Source: Candidatus Woesearchaeota archaeon (lineage in GTDB: Archaea; Nanobdellota; Nanobdellia; Pacearchaeales; GW2011-AR1). Taken from it: a stretch of DNA of 42,788 nucleotides. The notes below the pieces were generated by a model. The model had not been told where the DNA came from. It ran no database searches and was given only the letters and a program-made list of their open reading frames with translations. The position numbers were made by a program, and so were the translations under genes. Shown here in pieces: positions 17,105 through 26,375 of this stretch (its first letter is position 1; every line of letters starts with the position of its first letter). The DNA lies in NCBI GenBank assembly GCA_964395405.1, contig CAYNAV010000001.1, positions 1 through 42,788 on the forward strand, written 5' to 3'.

Positions 17105-17515
17105 TTACGCAATCTTCAACTTACCAATCTTAAAAAAAATCTTGAGAATATCTTGTAATTCATTTTCTCTCTGCCTTCCTCTCCCAATCAAAGCAGCCTT
17201 ACTCTGTCTCCCTGCAGTCAAAGTAACTAATCCATCCTTTTCTTCTGCTTTTGTAAATGTAATTGGGGAAACAACGTCGGCTATAAACTGCTCAATATTA
17301 TCCGTCATTGCAACAACCTTAATTTTTTTCCTTAAGATTTCACCAACGGACTTCATGTTAATCCCATTTTTCCCAACTGCTTTAGAAACCATAGCTCTTG
17401 GGACAACAAAGATAATTACATTATTATAAACAAAGCAATGCCTTGTAGAAACTCTAGAAACTCTTTCAAACAAATTAATATACCTCATCAGTTGCATGTC
17501 AATTACATTATTCAT
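17105..17515 (-). CDS. nusA: archaeal NusA-like KH-domain protein
   Basis: Two KH-like segments (AVGKNGINMKSVGEIL and AALIGRGRQRENEL). Canonical slot after rpl30e. The track start at 17524 is TTG, and the ATG at 17515 forms an ATGA overlap with the rpl30e stop. Confidence 0.85.
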   Translation of the reverse strand: MNNVIDMQLMRYINLFERVSRVSTRHCFVYNNVIIFVVPRAMVSKAVGKNGINMKSVGEILRKKIKVVAMTDNIEQFIADVVSPITFTKAEEKDGLVTLTAGRQSKAALIGRGRQRENELQDILKIFFKIGKLKIA

Positions 17516-17754
17516 TTCAGACAAAAAACCTCATTTTCAAAACCAATACCTAGATCCTTAGCAACATCTTCCTTGGATTTAAGAACCTCATACTCTATAT
17601 CTTTTGCATCAAGCTTAGCCAAAGTATCATCCCTTGTATCTCTACAAACAAAAACCTTACATTTCTTTTTTCCAGAGCAGCTCTTAAGAGTTTGCTTTAT
17701 TCCAAAACAAACTTTTTCTTTTTCAATTGCTTCTTTAATTTCTTTAACACTCAT
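17512..17754 (-). CDS. rpl30e: ribosomal protein eL30 (short, 80 aa)
   Basis: L7Ae/L30e-like pattern (FGIKQTLKS...KCKVFVCRD...DVAKDLGIGFENEVFCL). Canonical slot between rpoA and nusA. Confidence 0.8.
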   Translation of the reverse strand: MSVKEIKEAIEKEKVCFGIKQTLKSCSGKKKCKVFVCRDTRDDTLAKLDAKDIEYEVLKSKEDVAKDLGIGFENEVFCLK

Positions 17755-17794
17755 TTTATCTTCGTAATTTTAGATTTAAGAACATATTTAAACC

Positions 17795-20700
17795 TTACTC
17801 TTTCTTCTTGGATTTCTGTTTTGCTTTTTGCTCAGCGAGAGGTCCAGTAACTTCTACGAGCAAACCAGGCAATCCAGTTCCAACAGGAACAGGTTGATTC
17901 AAAATTATATTTTCAATTACAGACGCAAGCTTATCTCTCTTTCCAGACTTCGTAGCATTTACAAAATGTTTAACTGGCGTCTCAAACGAAGCTCTTGCAA
18001 GAACACTCCCCTTATCAGAAATAATTCCCATTCTTGTAATTCCTTTAACAACACCCGCATTAGTCATTGTATCAGCAACTAATTCTAAATGTTTCATATC
18101 AATATCAAGGCCCTGTGAAACAATAACCTTTTGAATCTCATGCATAATTGAGGCTCTTGCTGCTTCTATTCCTAGAACTGCACAAATTTCATGTAAATCA
18201 TTTGTAAAAACCTTTTCATTATTTACTCCTTTAAATATAACAATATCTTTAAGATTAGAACCCGCAGTTAAAATAACGTAGTCTCTTTCTCTCTTAACAA
18301 CTAAAACTTGCCTTATACCCTTTACACCAGAAAGGATAACATCTTTTATTTTTTCCTTTGTTTTGTATATCTCTTTAAATGTACTTTGAGAAGCATCAAT
18401 CACAAGTAAGTCATTTTTCTTTTTAATATCATAACCCTTGTCATTCAAAACATCAACAACCTTATCAAGACCCATATGAACTCTCTTTAAAGCATCATTA
18501 TCCATAGTAATTTCTATTTTTTTATTTGTGAAGTTAATCCCAATCTCATTTATAATCTCTTTAAGCTTTACTTCTTTAATTTTTTCAGCAACTATTCTGG
18601 AGTCTTTTTCATTGTTATGATCTTTATCTAAGAATATCTCCATCGTAGGTGTCGAAGGCGTTTTTCTTGCATCTAAAATTTCAATCAATCTTGGTAAACC
18701 TTGCGTAACCTGCATTTCAGCGACACCTGCAGAGTGGAATACATTCAAAACCATCTGAGTAGAAGACTCACCAAACGACTGCGCAGTAACCAAACCAATT
18801 GCTTCACCTGGAGCAACTTTCTGATTTTTATGAGCTCCAGAAACATCAACACCATCACCACCATAGGCAAATTGTATAACGTTATTAGAAGCATCTCTTA
18901 TTGTTCCGTCATAAGCAACGATTAAATCTTGCAATGCATTTGCAAGTCTTCTGTATAAATAACCCGACTTTGGTGTTCTCAAAGCAGTATCCATTAAACC
19001 GTCTCTTCCAGTCATAGCTCCAAAGAAAAATTCTTCAGGCCTTAATCCATTCATGAAAGAATTATAAATAAATCCACCCGCCCTTGGGGATAAATCCCCT
19101 CTCTTGAAAACAGGCAATGTTCTTCCAGTATAACCAAACTGAATTCTCTTACCGCCTAAAACCTGTTGTCCGACCGAACATGAAATCTGAGTAATGTTTA
19201 ACATACTTCCACCAGCCTTAGATAAAATCATTTTGTTAACAGGATTATCTTTTGGGAACTCTTCCTTAACGAATTTACCAATATCCGTTCTAATCTCATT
19301 CAGAACCTGAAGAATCTTTATCTCTCTTGTCTCTTCAGAGGTTTTTCCTGGCAAATCTTCAAGACTCTTATCATAAAAAGATTCAATAATCTTCTGAACT
19401 TTGTCCTCGGCAGTTGCAATAATCTTCTGCGTTTTATCCTTAACATGTTGAGGAACACTAACATCATTCACCGAAATTGTAAACCCATTTCTAGATAAGA
19501 AAACAACTCCAAGTGCAAAAACATCCCTTAACGTATCCACAGCAGTTCTTCTATCAAATTCCTTATCAATTCTAGCTAACGAATCACCATCTTCAACCAG
19601 AAAACCCGAAGAAGTAATCCTAGAATTCCTAAGGTCTTTTGGAAGTGCATTCGCAAAGATTTCCTTCCCAGTATTTGTTTTGTTAACTGAGAAATTCTTA
19701 ATTCCCGCTTCATGAAGCATCTGAATTGCATCTTCTCTTCCAATGTCACTTTCTTCTAAAATATAATTTCCAGTAACTGCATCTCCAATACAACCCAAAA
19801 GATTTGTATTATTCTTCGGAGAAAACATATTAGCTTCAACATTCAACAATACTTCAGCTTCACTTCTTGCTTCCTCCGTCTGAGGCCCATGAATATTCAT
19901 TTCATCTCCATCAAAATCGGCATTGTAAGGGAAACATACTGCTGGATGCATTCTAAATGTTCTGTAAGGTAAAACCTTTACGAAATGAGCCATTAACGAA
20001 GCTCTATGCAAAGAAGGATGTCTGTTAAATAAAACAACATCACCATCTATTAAATGTCTCTCAACAATATAACCTGGTTCAATTTCTTTAGACAAATCAG
20101 CTTTCAAGTCAGGAGTAATTCTTTTTCTTTTTCCATCAGTCCTTATAATATAATTAGCACCAGGATAACTCTCAGCGAGAACTATCTTTCTTAATCTTTC
20201 AATATTCAGAGAAGTAACCCTCTCAGCAACTGTCAAAATTTTAGCAACTTCAAATGGAACACCAACTTCATTCAACTTCAAATTAGGATCTGGTGAAATA
20301 ACAGTTCTTGCAGAGAAATTAACTCTCTTTCCAGCCAAATTCTTTCTAATTCTTCCTTCCTTCCCTTTAATTCTTTCAGTGATCGTTTTTAATGGCTGTC
20401 CGCTCCTATGTCTTGCGGGAGGTATTCTTGCAATAGAATTATCAAAAAATGTTGTAACATGATACTGTAATAAATCCCATAAATCTTCAATGATGACTTC
20501 CGGAGCACCAGCATTTAAATTTTCCCATAACCTCTGGTTTGCTCTTATAATATCAGACAACTTATGGGTCAAATCATCTTCACTTCTCTCTCCAGACTCT
20601 AATGTAATTGAAGGTCTTACGGTTACCGGAGGAACCAAAAGTAAAGTTAGAATTGACCATTCTGGTCTTAGGGTCTTGCCATTAATTCCTAAAAGTTTTA

Positions 20701-21220
20701 ATTCCTCCTGTGGAACCTTTACTAATCTTTCTCTAATCTCTGAAGGGAATAGTCTTCTTTTCCCAGCCCTAAATGTCGCTGGTTTTTCAAGTTTAACTCT
20801 TTCCTGAATGATACCACAATGCGGACACTTCTTGCCATCTTTTGATTTTTTTATTCTAGTTTTTAAATCCTTATCTCTGTCTTTTGCATCAAGTAAAACT
20901 TTCCCACAGGCTTCGCATGTATGCCTTAAAATTAAATCGATTACTTGTAGATATTTAATATGTAAAACTGGCCTAGCCAATTCAATTATCCCCGAATGTC
21001 CTAAACACTCCTTTAATCTTCCACCACATGTTCTACATCTTACACCCGGGTCTATAGCTCCTAGTCTTAAATCCATTAAACCACCATCAACTGGATAACC
21101 ATCGATATCATATAATTCAGGCGTAACTATCTTTGCAACTCCAACTTTTTTAATCTGCTCAGGACTGAACAAACTGAATTTGATTGCATTAACTTGTTTT
21201 TTTATTGGTTTAATTGTCAT
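17795..21220 (-). CDS. rpoA: DNA-directed RNA polymerase subunit A, A' and A'' fused in one 1141-aa ORF
   Basis: N-terminal zinc motifs (CRTCGGRLKECLGH). Catalytic PYNADFDGDE at 19901-19930. Bridge-helix block GRDGLMDTALRTPKSGYLYRRL. Without any stop it continues ...GGDGVDVSGAHKNQKVAPGEAIGLVTAQSFGESSTQMVLNVFHSAGV (the trigger-loop start of A'') through to the A'' C-terminus. Confidence 0.93.
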   Translation of the reverse strand: MTIKPIKKQVNAIKFSLFSPEQIKKVGVAKIVTPELYDIDGYPVDGGLMDLRLGAIDPGVRCRTCGGRLKECLGHSGIIELARPVLHIKYLQVIDLILRHTCEACGKVLLDAKDRDKDLKTRIKKSKDGKKCPHCGIIQERVKLEKPATFRAGKRRLFPSEIRERLVKVPQEELKLLGINGKTLRPEWSILTLLLVPPVTVRPSITLESGERSEDDLTHKLSDIIRANQRLWENLNAGAPEVIIEDLWDLLQYHVTTFFDNSIARIPPARHRSGQPLKTITERIKGKEGRIRKNLAGKRVNFSARTVISPDPNLKLNEVGVPFEVAKILTVAERVTSLNIERLRKIVLAESYPGANYIIRTDGKRKRITPDLKADLSKEIEPGYIVERHLIDGDVVLFNRHPSLHRASLMAHFVKVLPYRTFRMHPAVCFPYNADFDGDEMNIHGPQTEEARSEAEVLLNVEANMFSPKNNTNLLGCIGDAVTGNYILEESDIGREDAIQMLHEAGIKNFSVNKTNTGKEIFANALPKDLRNSRITSSGFLVEDGDSLARIDKEFDRRTAVDTLRDVFALGVVFLSRNGFTISVNDVSVPQHVKDKTQKIIATAEDKVQKIIESFYDKSLEDLPGKTSEETREIKILQVLNEIRTDIGKFVKEEFPKDNPVNKMILSKAGGSMLNITQISCSVGQQVLGGKRIQFGYTGRTLPVFKRGDLSPRAGGFIYNSFMNGLRPEEFFFGAMTGRDGLMDTALRTPKSGYLYRRLANALQDLIVAYDGTIRDASNNVIQFAYGGDGVDVSGAHKNQKVAPGEAIGLVTAQSFGESSTQMVLNVFHSAGVAEMQVTQGLPRLIEILDARKTPSTPTMEIFLDKDHNNEKDSRIVAEKIKEVKLKEIINEIGINFTNKKIEITMDNDALKRVHMGLDKVVDVLNDKGYDIKKKNDLLVIDASQSTFKEIYKTKEKIKDVILSGVKGIRQVLVVKRERDYVILTAGSNLKDIVIFKGVNNEKVFTNDLHEICAVLGIEAARASIMHEIQKVIVSQGLDIDMKHLELVADTMTNAGVVKGITRMGIISDKGSVLARASFETPVKHFVNATKSGKRDKLASVIENIILNQPVPVGTGLPGLLVEVTGPLAEQKAKQKSKKKE

Positions 21221-21387
21221 TGTTTACTTCCCTCACTTAATCCACGATATGCTTCTTCTCGTGTTAGTTCACTTGGATGCCTATCAACTCTTCTTTGATT
21301 ATAAGCCATTGTTCTTTCTATTAAAGTAATTACTACTCTTCCTTCTCTTTTCATTCTTTCATCCTCGCTTAATCTAGCATTATTCAT
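21217..21387 (-). CDS. small ORF (56 aa from ATG 21387, or 45 aa from ATG 21354) bridging rpoB and rpoA
   Basis: Hand translation gives MNNARLSEDERMKREGRVVITLIERTMAYNQRRVDRHPSELTREEAYRGLSEGSKQ. The first ATG lies inside the last rpoB codons. The second ATG is preceded by GAGGA. Its TGA overlaps the rpoA ATG (ATGA). It is below the track length cutoff. Confidence 0.5.
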   Translation of the reverse strand: MNNARLSEDERMKREGRVVITLIERTMAYNQRRVDRHPSELTREEAYRGLSEGSKQ

Positions 21388-24300
21388 ACTTATTCTTCAA
21401 TTCAAATTTAGTTAATATATGCATGCCTTGTAATTCTTCTAATAACAGCTTGAAAGCGTACGACATTTCGACGGGTTCAATTTGTTTTGAACTACATAAC
21501 GAACATATCAATTTATTATGTATCTGGTCGTCAATAGCCATTCCACCACACTTAGAACAAATATGGATTATTACTTTATCCGAATCATACCTTTCCTTTA
21601 GCAATAATGAAGCACCATGAGCAACTAAAGCTTCCTGTTCCATTTCTCCTAATCTTAATGCACCGCCCCTACTTCTTCCTTCAATAGGTTGTCTTGTTAG
21701 TAATGCAATCTTTCCAGAAGCTCTTGCATGCATCTTATCAGCTACCATATACTTTAATTTTAAGTAATACATATTTCCAATAAAGATCTTCATAGGCATT
21801 CTTTTTCCATTAATACCGTTATACAAAATTTCTTTTCCATTGTATCTAAATCCTAACTTCTTCAATTGCTCTTCTAATGTTCCAAGATCTTCTCCAGAAA
21901 ATCCTGAAGCATCAACAATTCTTCCAGATAAAGCAGCAACCTTACCCGCAATTAATTCTAACAGATAACCTACAGTCATTCTAGACGGAATACCGTGAGG
22001 ATTAAACATCAAATCTGGTTTTATTCCTCGTGAAGTAAATGGAATATCTTCATCCGGAGCAATAAACCCAACAACACCTTTCTGACCATGAGGCGTTGAA
22101 AACTTATCTCCGAATTCAGGAGTTCTCAAATCTCTCATTCTTATTTGAACAATTCTATTTCCCTCTCTATCCTGGGTAATAAAAACACCATCTACAGTTC
22201 CTTTTTCTTCTTGTCTTATTGCTGAAGAATTTTCCTTTCTTGTCTGGACTGAAATCTCTCTCGCTTCACTTAAGAATTTAGGAGGAGAAACTTTTCCAAT
22301 AACTACATGTCCTTCATGAAGTTCTGCTTCCGGATAAACAATCCCATCATCCTCTAAAAAGTTATAACTTTCTTCAGTTCTATAACCAGAAACATCTTTC
22401 TCAGGAATGCAAACTTCATCTTTCAAACCACCAGCATAATTCAATTCAACAGAAGTATAAGGTCTAAAATAAGTTGAACGAGCAAACCCCCTATCAACAG
22501 AAGCCTGATTCAATACAATAGCATCTTCCATGTTATATCCTTCATAAGGCATAATAGCTACAACAATATTCTGTCCAGCAGGGTAAATATTTAATGTATC
22601 ATAAATAAAACTTCTTACCAAAGGTTTCTGAGGATAATGTGAAACAGAAACATCTGTATCAATTCTCACGGGAAAATTAGCTGCATAAATTCCAAGAGAC
22701 TGCTTTTGAGTCTTAGAACCCCTCATTAGACGAGAAGACTGATCATGATTACAGTAAGGAACCAAAGAAGCAACAACACCTAAACAATCAATCGGATCAA
22801 CTTCTAAATGGGTATGTTCTGATGTAAGCTCTTTCTCATAAAGCGAGATGAAGCAGTCATCTTCTTCAGCAGCATCAAGGTATTCAATAATCTTTTCCTT
22901 AATCAAATCTTGCCAGGTTAGTGAGCCTTTCTTTATTAATTCTAAATGTTCTTTATTTAATCTAGGAACACCATCATCACAAATAATTAAAGGTCTCAAT
23001 ACTCTTCCAATCTCCGTTGAAATAAAAACAGTATCCAAAAACTGGTCAAATTTAACGCTTAAAAAACCAGGCAACTCTTTATTTCTTCTAGTTTCTTTGA
23101 TTGTTTTAGCAAATTCAATTCCTTTATCAACAGCACCTACGAATCTACCATTATAAAAAACATCAATTCCAGCTTCTTTTTTCATTCCAGCTTTTTCCAT
23201 TATAGAAACAATTTTATCATCATCCATCTCATTTCTTGTAGAAATCTTAGATAAAATCGCCAGATTTTTTCTCAAACCAATTTCAGTTCCCTCAGGAGTT
23301 TCAACAGGGCAGAATCTACCATAATGGGTCGGATGTAAAGTTCTCGCTGCAAAATTTTCCTGCTCCCCAGGCAATGTAGAAGAAACCCTCTGTAATTGTG
23401 ATAAGATTGCCAAATAATTTGTCTTATCCATATTCTGAGTAACTCCACTCCTCTCCCCAATCCAAGAACCAGTAGCAATCGCACTCTCCATCCTATGTGA
23501 AAACAAAGTCGACTTTGCAATAGTTTTTATCGAATAAAACTTCCTTCTTTTAACTGTCTTCTGAAGCGAGTGTTGCATCTCTCTCAAAAGGATGTTCATA
23601 TTCACTCTAAATAAATCAGAAAGTAAATCCCCCGATAAACGAACTCTTTTATTTGCATAATGGTCTTTATCGGTTAAACTATCTTCAGGATGCTCTTTTG
23701 CAACAAAATATTGCTTTACAAATTTACATAAAGTCCTTGCTTTCTCAATTCTAGACTCTTTCTTTAATCCGATATGAGGTAAAAAATAAGAATCAATTCT
23801 CTGCTTAACTCTGTCTAACATCTCTTTTTGAGTTCCGTGTAAGGCTGTTTTTTCAGCAATATGCATCAAAGCGTCCTGAGGATTTGCAATATCAACAAAC
23901 TCATACAAATTAACAATCAAGGTATCATTTTGCTTCCCAATCAACTTGCTTATCTCAGCATCAGATGTCATACCTAAAGCCTTAAGCAAAACAATAACGG
24001 GGATATCCCTAAATCTAGAAAATGAAACATCTAATATACCCTCATTGTTTTCTATAATTGAAATAGGGATTTTATAAGCCCCCCTCTGTGAAAAAAGCCT
24101 TAACATAATTCTCTTTTTTGCTTTTTGCTTTTCAATAAATGTCTGATTTGAAGCCAAATCTTCAGCCATTACAATAACTCTTTCATTACCATTAATGATA
24201 AAATAACCGCCCGGATCTTTCGGGTCAATATAATTCTCTATTAACTCCGCCTCACTCATACCTTGAATGTTACAAACTTTACTTTTAACAATGATTGGGA

Positions 24301-24631
24301 TTCTTCCAAGTTCCACCTCTGCAGTTTCAACCTGGCCCTCATACTTAATAGTGATTTCAATCGTTATTGGGGCTGAATAAGTTAGATTTCTTATTCTAGC
24401 TTCTGCAGGCGTTATTAATTTGGTGCTTCCATCTGCTTCAACGATATTAGGTCTTCCAACTTCTATTTTTCCAAGCTTGATTTCAAAATCTTCAGCAGAA
24501 ATATTCTCGGAAAGTTCGCTGACAATTTCCTGCATTCTTTGTCCTATAAAATTATTAAAAGAAGTAATATTAGACTCAACAAGTGAATGGTTTTTCAGAT
24601 ACTCTTTTACTAATGTATGATCTTGTTGCAT
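21380..24631 (-). CDS. rpoB: DNA-directed RNA polymerase subunit B (unsplit)
   Basis: 1083 aa. Blocks include NYLAILSQLQRVSS, MPYEGYNMEDAIVLNQ, GDKFSTPHGQKGV, RLGEMEQEAL and a C-terminal CSKCG...CSLC zinc ribbon. Confidence 0.96.
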   Translation of the reverse strand: MQQDHTLVKEYLKNHSLVESNITSFNNFIGQRMQEIVSELSENISAEDFEIKLGKIEVGRPNIVEADGSTKLITPAEARIRNLTYSAPITIEITIKYEGQVETAEVELGRIPIIVKSKVCNIQGMSEAELIENYIDPKDPGGYFIINGNERVIVMAEDLASNQTFIEKQKAKKRIMLRLFSQRGAYKIPISIIENNEGILDVSFSRFRDIPVIVLLKALGMTSDAEISKLIGKQNDTLIVNLYEFVDIANPQDALMHIAEKTALHGTQKEMLDRVKQRIDSYFLPHIGLKKESRIEKARTLCKFVKQYFVAKEHPEDSLTDKDHYANKRVRLSGDLLSDLFRVNMNILLREMQHSLQKTVKRRKFYSIKTIAKSTLFSHRMESAIATGSWIGERSGVTQNMDKTNYLAILSQLQRVSSTLPGEQENFAARTLHPTHYGRFCPVETPEGTEIGLRKNLAILSKISTRNEMDDDKIVSIMEKAGMKKEAGIDVFYNGRFVGAVDKGIEFAKTIKETRRNKELPGFLSVKFDQFLDTVFISTEIGRVLRPLIICDDGVPRLNKEHLELIKKGSLTWQDLIKEKIIEYLDAAEEDDCFISLYEKELTSEHTHLEVDPIDCLGVVASLVPYCNHDQSSRLMRGSKTQKQSLGIYAANFPVRIDTDVSVSHYPQKPLVRSFIYDTLNIYPAGQNIVVAIMPYEGYNMEDAIVLNQASVDRGFARSTYFRPYTSVELNYAGGLKDEVCIPEKDVSGYRTEESYNFLEDDGIVYPEAELHEGHVVIGKVSPPKFLSEAREISVQTRKENSSAIRQEEKGTVDGVFITQDREGNRIVQIRMRDLRTPEFGDKFSTPHGQKGVVGFIAPDEDIPFTSRGIKPDLMFNPHGIPSRMTVGYLLELIAGKVAALSGRIVDASGFSGEDLGTLEEQLKKLGFRYNGKEILYNGINGKRMPMKIFIGNMYYLKLKYMVADKMHARASGKIALLTRQPIEGRSRGGALRLGEMEQEALVAHGASLLLKERYDSDKVIIHICSKCGGMAIDDQIHNKLICSLCSSKQIEPVEMSYAFKLLLEELQGMHILTKFELKNKYE

Positions 24632-24858
24632 TATACTACCACCCTGAAATATTCCTGGACTTTGTCTTCTGTTTTTCTTTCAATTTTGAAAACATCGCCA
24701 ATTTGACAGTCTTCCGGGAGGATAGGATCTTTTCTAGAAATTTTAGGTAATTGTGATAATGCTATATTTAGCCTCAAGAGTAATTTGTCAATTTCCTCTT
24801 GTTTTAGTTTACTATGTTTTGGTTGAAGTGCATGCATTTTGATTTTTAGAATGTCCAC
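24631..24858 (-). CDS. rpoH: DNA-directed RNA polymerase subunit H (Rpo5)
   Basis: H.LQPKH...EEIDKLL....LSQLPKISRKDP....GDVFKIERK pattern. Immediately upstream of rpoB. The track start is GTG; the first ATG is at 24837. Confidence 0.85.
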   Translation of the reverse strand: MDILKIKMHALQPKHSKLKQEEIDKLLLRLNIALSQLPKISRKDPILPEDCQIGDVFKIERKTEDKVQEYFRVVV

Positions 24859-24943
24859 TATGGCTTTAGGTAGTGAAATAACAAAAAGTGGGTTTAAAAA
24901 TGTTTTGGTTTTATTATTCTTAAGTAGTTTTAGTCATTTTTGT

Positions 24944-24968
24944 AAGATTTTTTTGAGAAAAAAATCTT
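24944..24968 (-). terminator. perfect 11-bp hairpin with T7 run (AAGATTTTTTT-GAG-AAAAAAATCTT) 18 nt after the reductase stop
   Basis: Read directly from the sequence. Lies between the reductase gene and rpoH. Confidence 0.4.
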
Positions 24969-24985
24969 GGTACTATGAGCCTTAG

Positions 24986-26023
24986 TTAAATCAACCAAAC
25001 CAATTTTTCCTCAACCCACCTACTTTTGAATAAACGATTGAAAACTTCCCATTCAACCTCTGTAAGCGCTTTATTAACCTCGAAGGATCTTAATAACATC
25101 TCTTCTTTTTTCTTGATATCCAAAATATTTTTTATATGTGGGCATTTATATCTTTTACTTATTATTTTATTAGCAACATCTTCTCCAGATTTAATGGCAA
25201 AATATATTCCTTCTCCAGTTAGACCAGAAGCAAACCCTCCAGCATCACCTACTAAGAATTTATTCTTAAACTCATGTCCTTGATAATCGTAATTAATGGT
25301 AAATGCTTGGAACTTAGCCTTTTTCAGATCTATTTTCTTTTTGCAAAAATCCTCAAAATTAGATCTAATTTTCGACACGCTAAGGTCTAGTGCTGGCCGT
25401 TTTATGTTTTTACTTAAATCAGCCCCTGTCCCAATAGAAACAGAGTTCTTATAAGGAAATATCCATAGATACATAGGTCCAAACTTTCCCGGATTAATAA
25501 ATACTTCCAAATCTTTGAATTTTTTTTGAGCAACATATTGAAATGCTTCAAGACTGTTGTTATTTTCTAATCCAAGATGTTTTCTAACGATAGAATTTGC
25601 ACCATCAGCTCCAACAAGATACTTGTAATACAGTTCTTCTTTACCATTAACAATTATTTTTTCATCAAGAATTTTTGTTACAGTTGAATTTATCTTAACT
25701 TCTGCCCCTTGTTTTTTTGCATTGTCCGCCATCCATTTACCTAAATCCTTTCTATCAAGAGTTGCTATAAATGGTTTGTCTAGCTTTATTTCGGTATCTT
25801 GAAGAGGAGTATGAATAATCACTTTTTTAAATTTCCTTTGTATTATGCTCTCTGGAATTCCTAATCCAAAATCTTTTAGGGTTAACCCTCCTGCACATAT
25901 TTTGTCCCCAAAAACAGAATTTTTTTCTAGGACAATAACTCTCTTGTTATTTTTAGCCAAAACTTCAGCACACTTCAATCCAGCCGGCCCTGCACCTACA
26001 ATTATGACATCATAAGCTTCCAT
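24986..26023 (-). CDS. geranylgeranyl reductase family FAD-dependent oxidoreductase
   Basis: MEAYDVIIVGAGPAGLKCAE Rossmann start and VGDAGGFASGLTGEGIYFAIKSG block. The track N-terminus (to 26098) runs into tRNA-Lys, so the start is set at ATG 26023. Confidence 0.85.
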   Translation of the reverse strand: MEAYDVIIVGAGPAGLKCAEVLAKNNKRVIVLEKNSVFGDKICAGGLTLKDFGLGIPESIIQRKFKKVIIHTPLQDTEIKLDKPFIATLDRKDLGKWMADNAKKQGAEVKINSTVTKILDEKIIVNGKEELYYKYLVGADGANSIVRKHLGLENNNSLEAFQYVAQKKFKDLEVFINPGKFGPMYLWIFPYKNSVSIGTGADLSKNIKRPALDLSVSKIRSNFEDFCKKKIDLKKAKFQAFTINYDYQGHEFKNKFLVGDAGGFASGLTGEGIYFAIKSGEDVANKIISKRYKCPHIKNILDIKKKEEMLLRSFEVNKALTEVEWEVFNRLFKSRWVEEKLVWLI

Positions 26024-26051
26024 TTTATCTCCCTCATTTTTATCTCCCAAA

Positions 26052-26167
26052 TGGCCCCGACGGGATTTGAACCCGCGACACCTGGATTTCTTCTTCACGA
26101 AGAATCGAAAGTCACAAAGTGACTCTCTTTAAAAGTCCAGTGCTCTACCAAGCTGAGCTACGGAGCC
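26052..26167 (-). tRNA. tRNA-Lys(UUU) with a 42-nt intron at the canonical 37/38 position
   Basis: Hand fold. Acceptor GGCTCCG/CGGGGCC. D arm GCTC-AGCTTGGTA-GAGC. Anticodon stem CTGGA/TCCAG enclosing CTTTTA[42 nt]A. T arm GCGGG-TTCAAAT-CCCGT. Discriminator A; no encoded CCA. Confidence 0.88.
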
Positions 26168-26375
26168 TGTCATGCTGCATTGAATTTCTTCAATGCTTGC
26201 TTTACCTTTTAGCTAACCCCGGCCTATAATAAAAACCAAAAACCAGGAGCTTGCAATACTCTTGTTAATCGATAACAAGAGCTTAAAATAACACATAGTT
26301 TTGGTTTAAAAAACTTTGGTAGCACCAAGTTTCATAAAGATTAAAAACCCTTGTTTACTTAAACTTTAAAATAAT

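Noticed and set aside
23272-23520. 82-aa same-strand alternative-frame ORF inside rpoB.
   Set aside because: It is embedded in conserved RpoB coding sequence. Its Leu/Arg/Trp-rich translation is typical of an off-frame read.
26024-26098. N-terminal 25 codons of track ORF 24986-26098 (MKKKSRCRGFKSRRGHLGDKNEGDK).
   Set aside because: This stretch is the antisense-free continuation through tRNA-Lys (26052-26167). The Rossmann GxGxxG motif begins right after the internal ATG at 26023.
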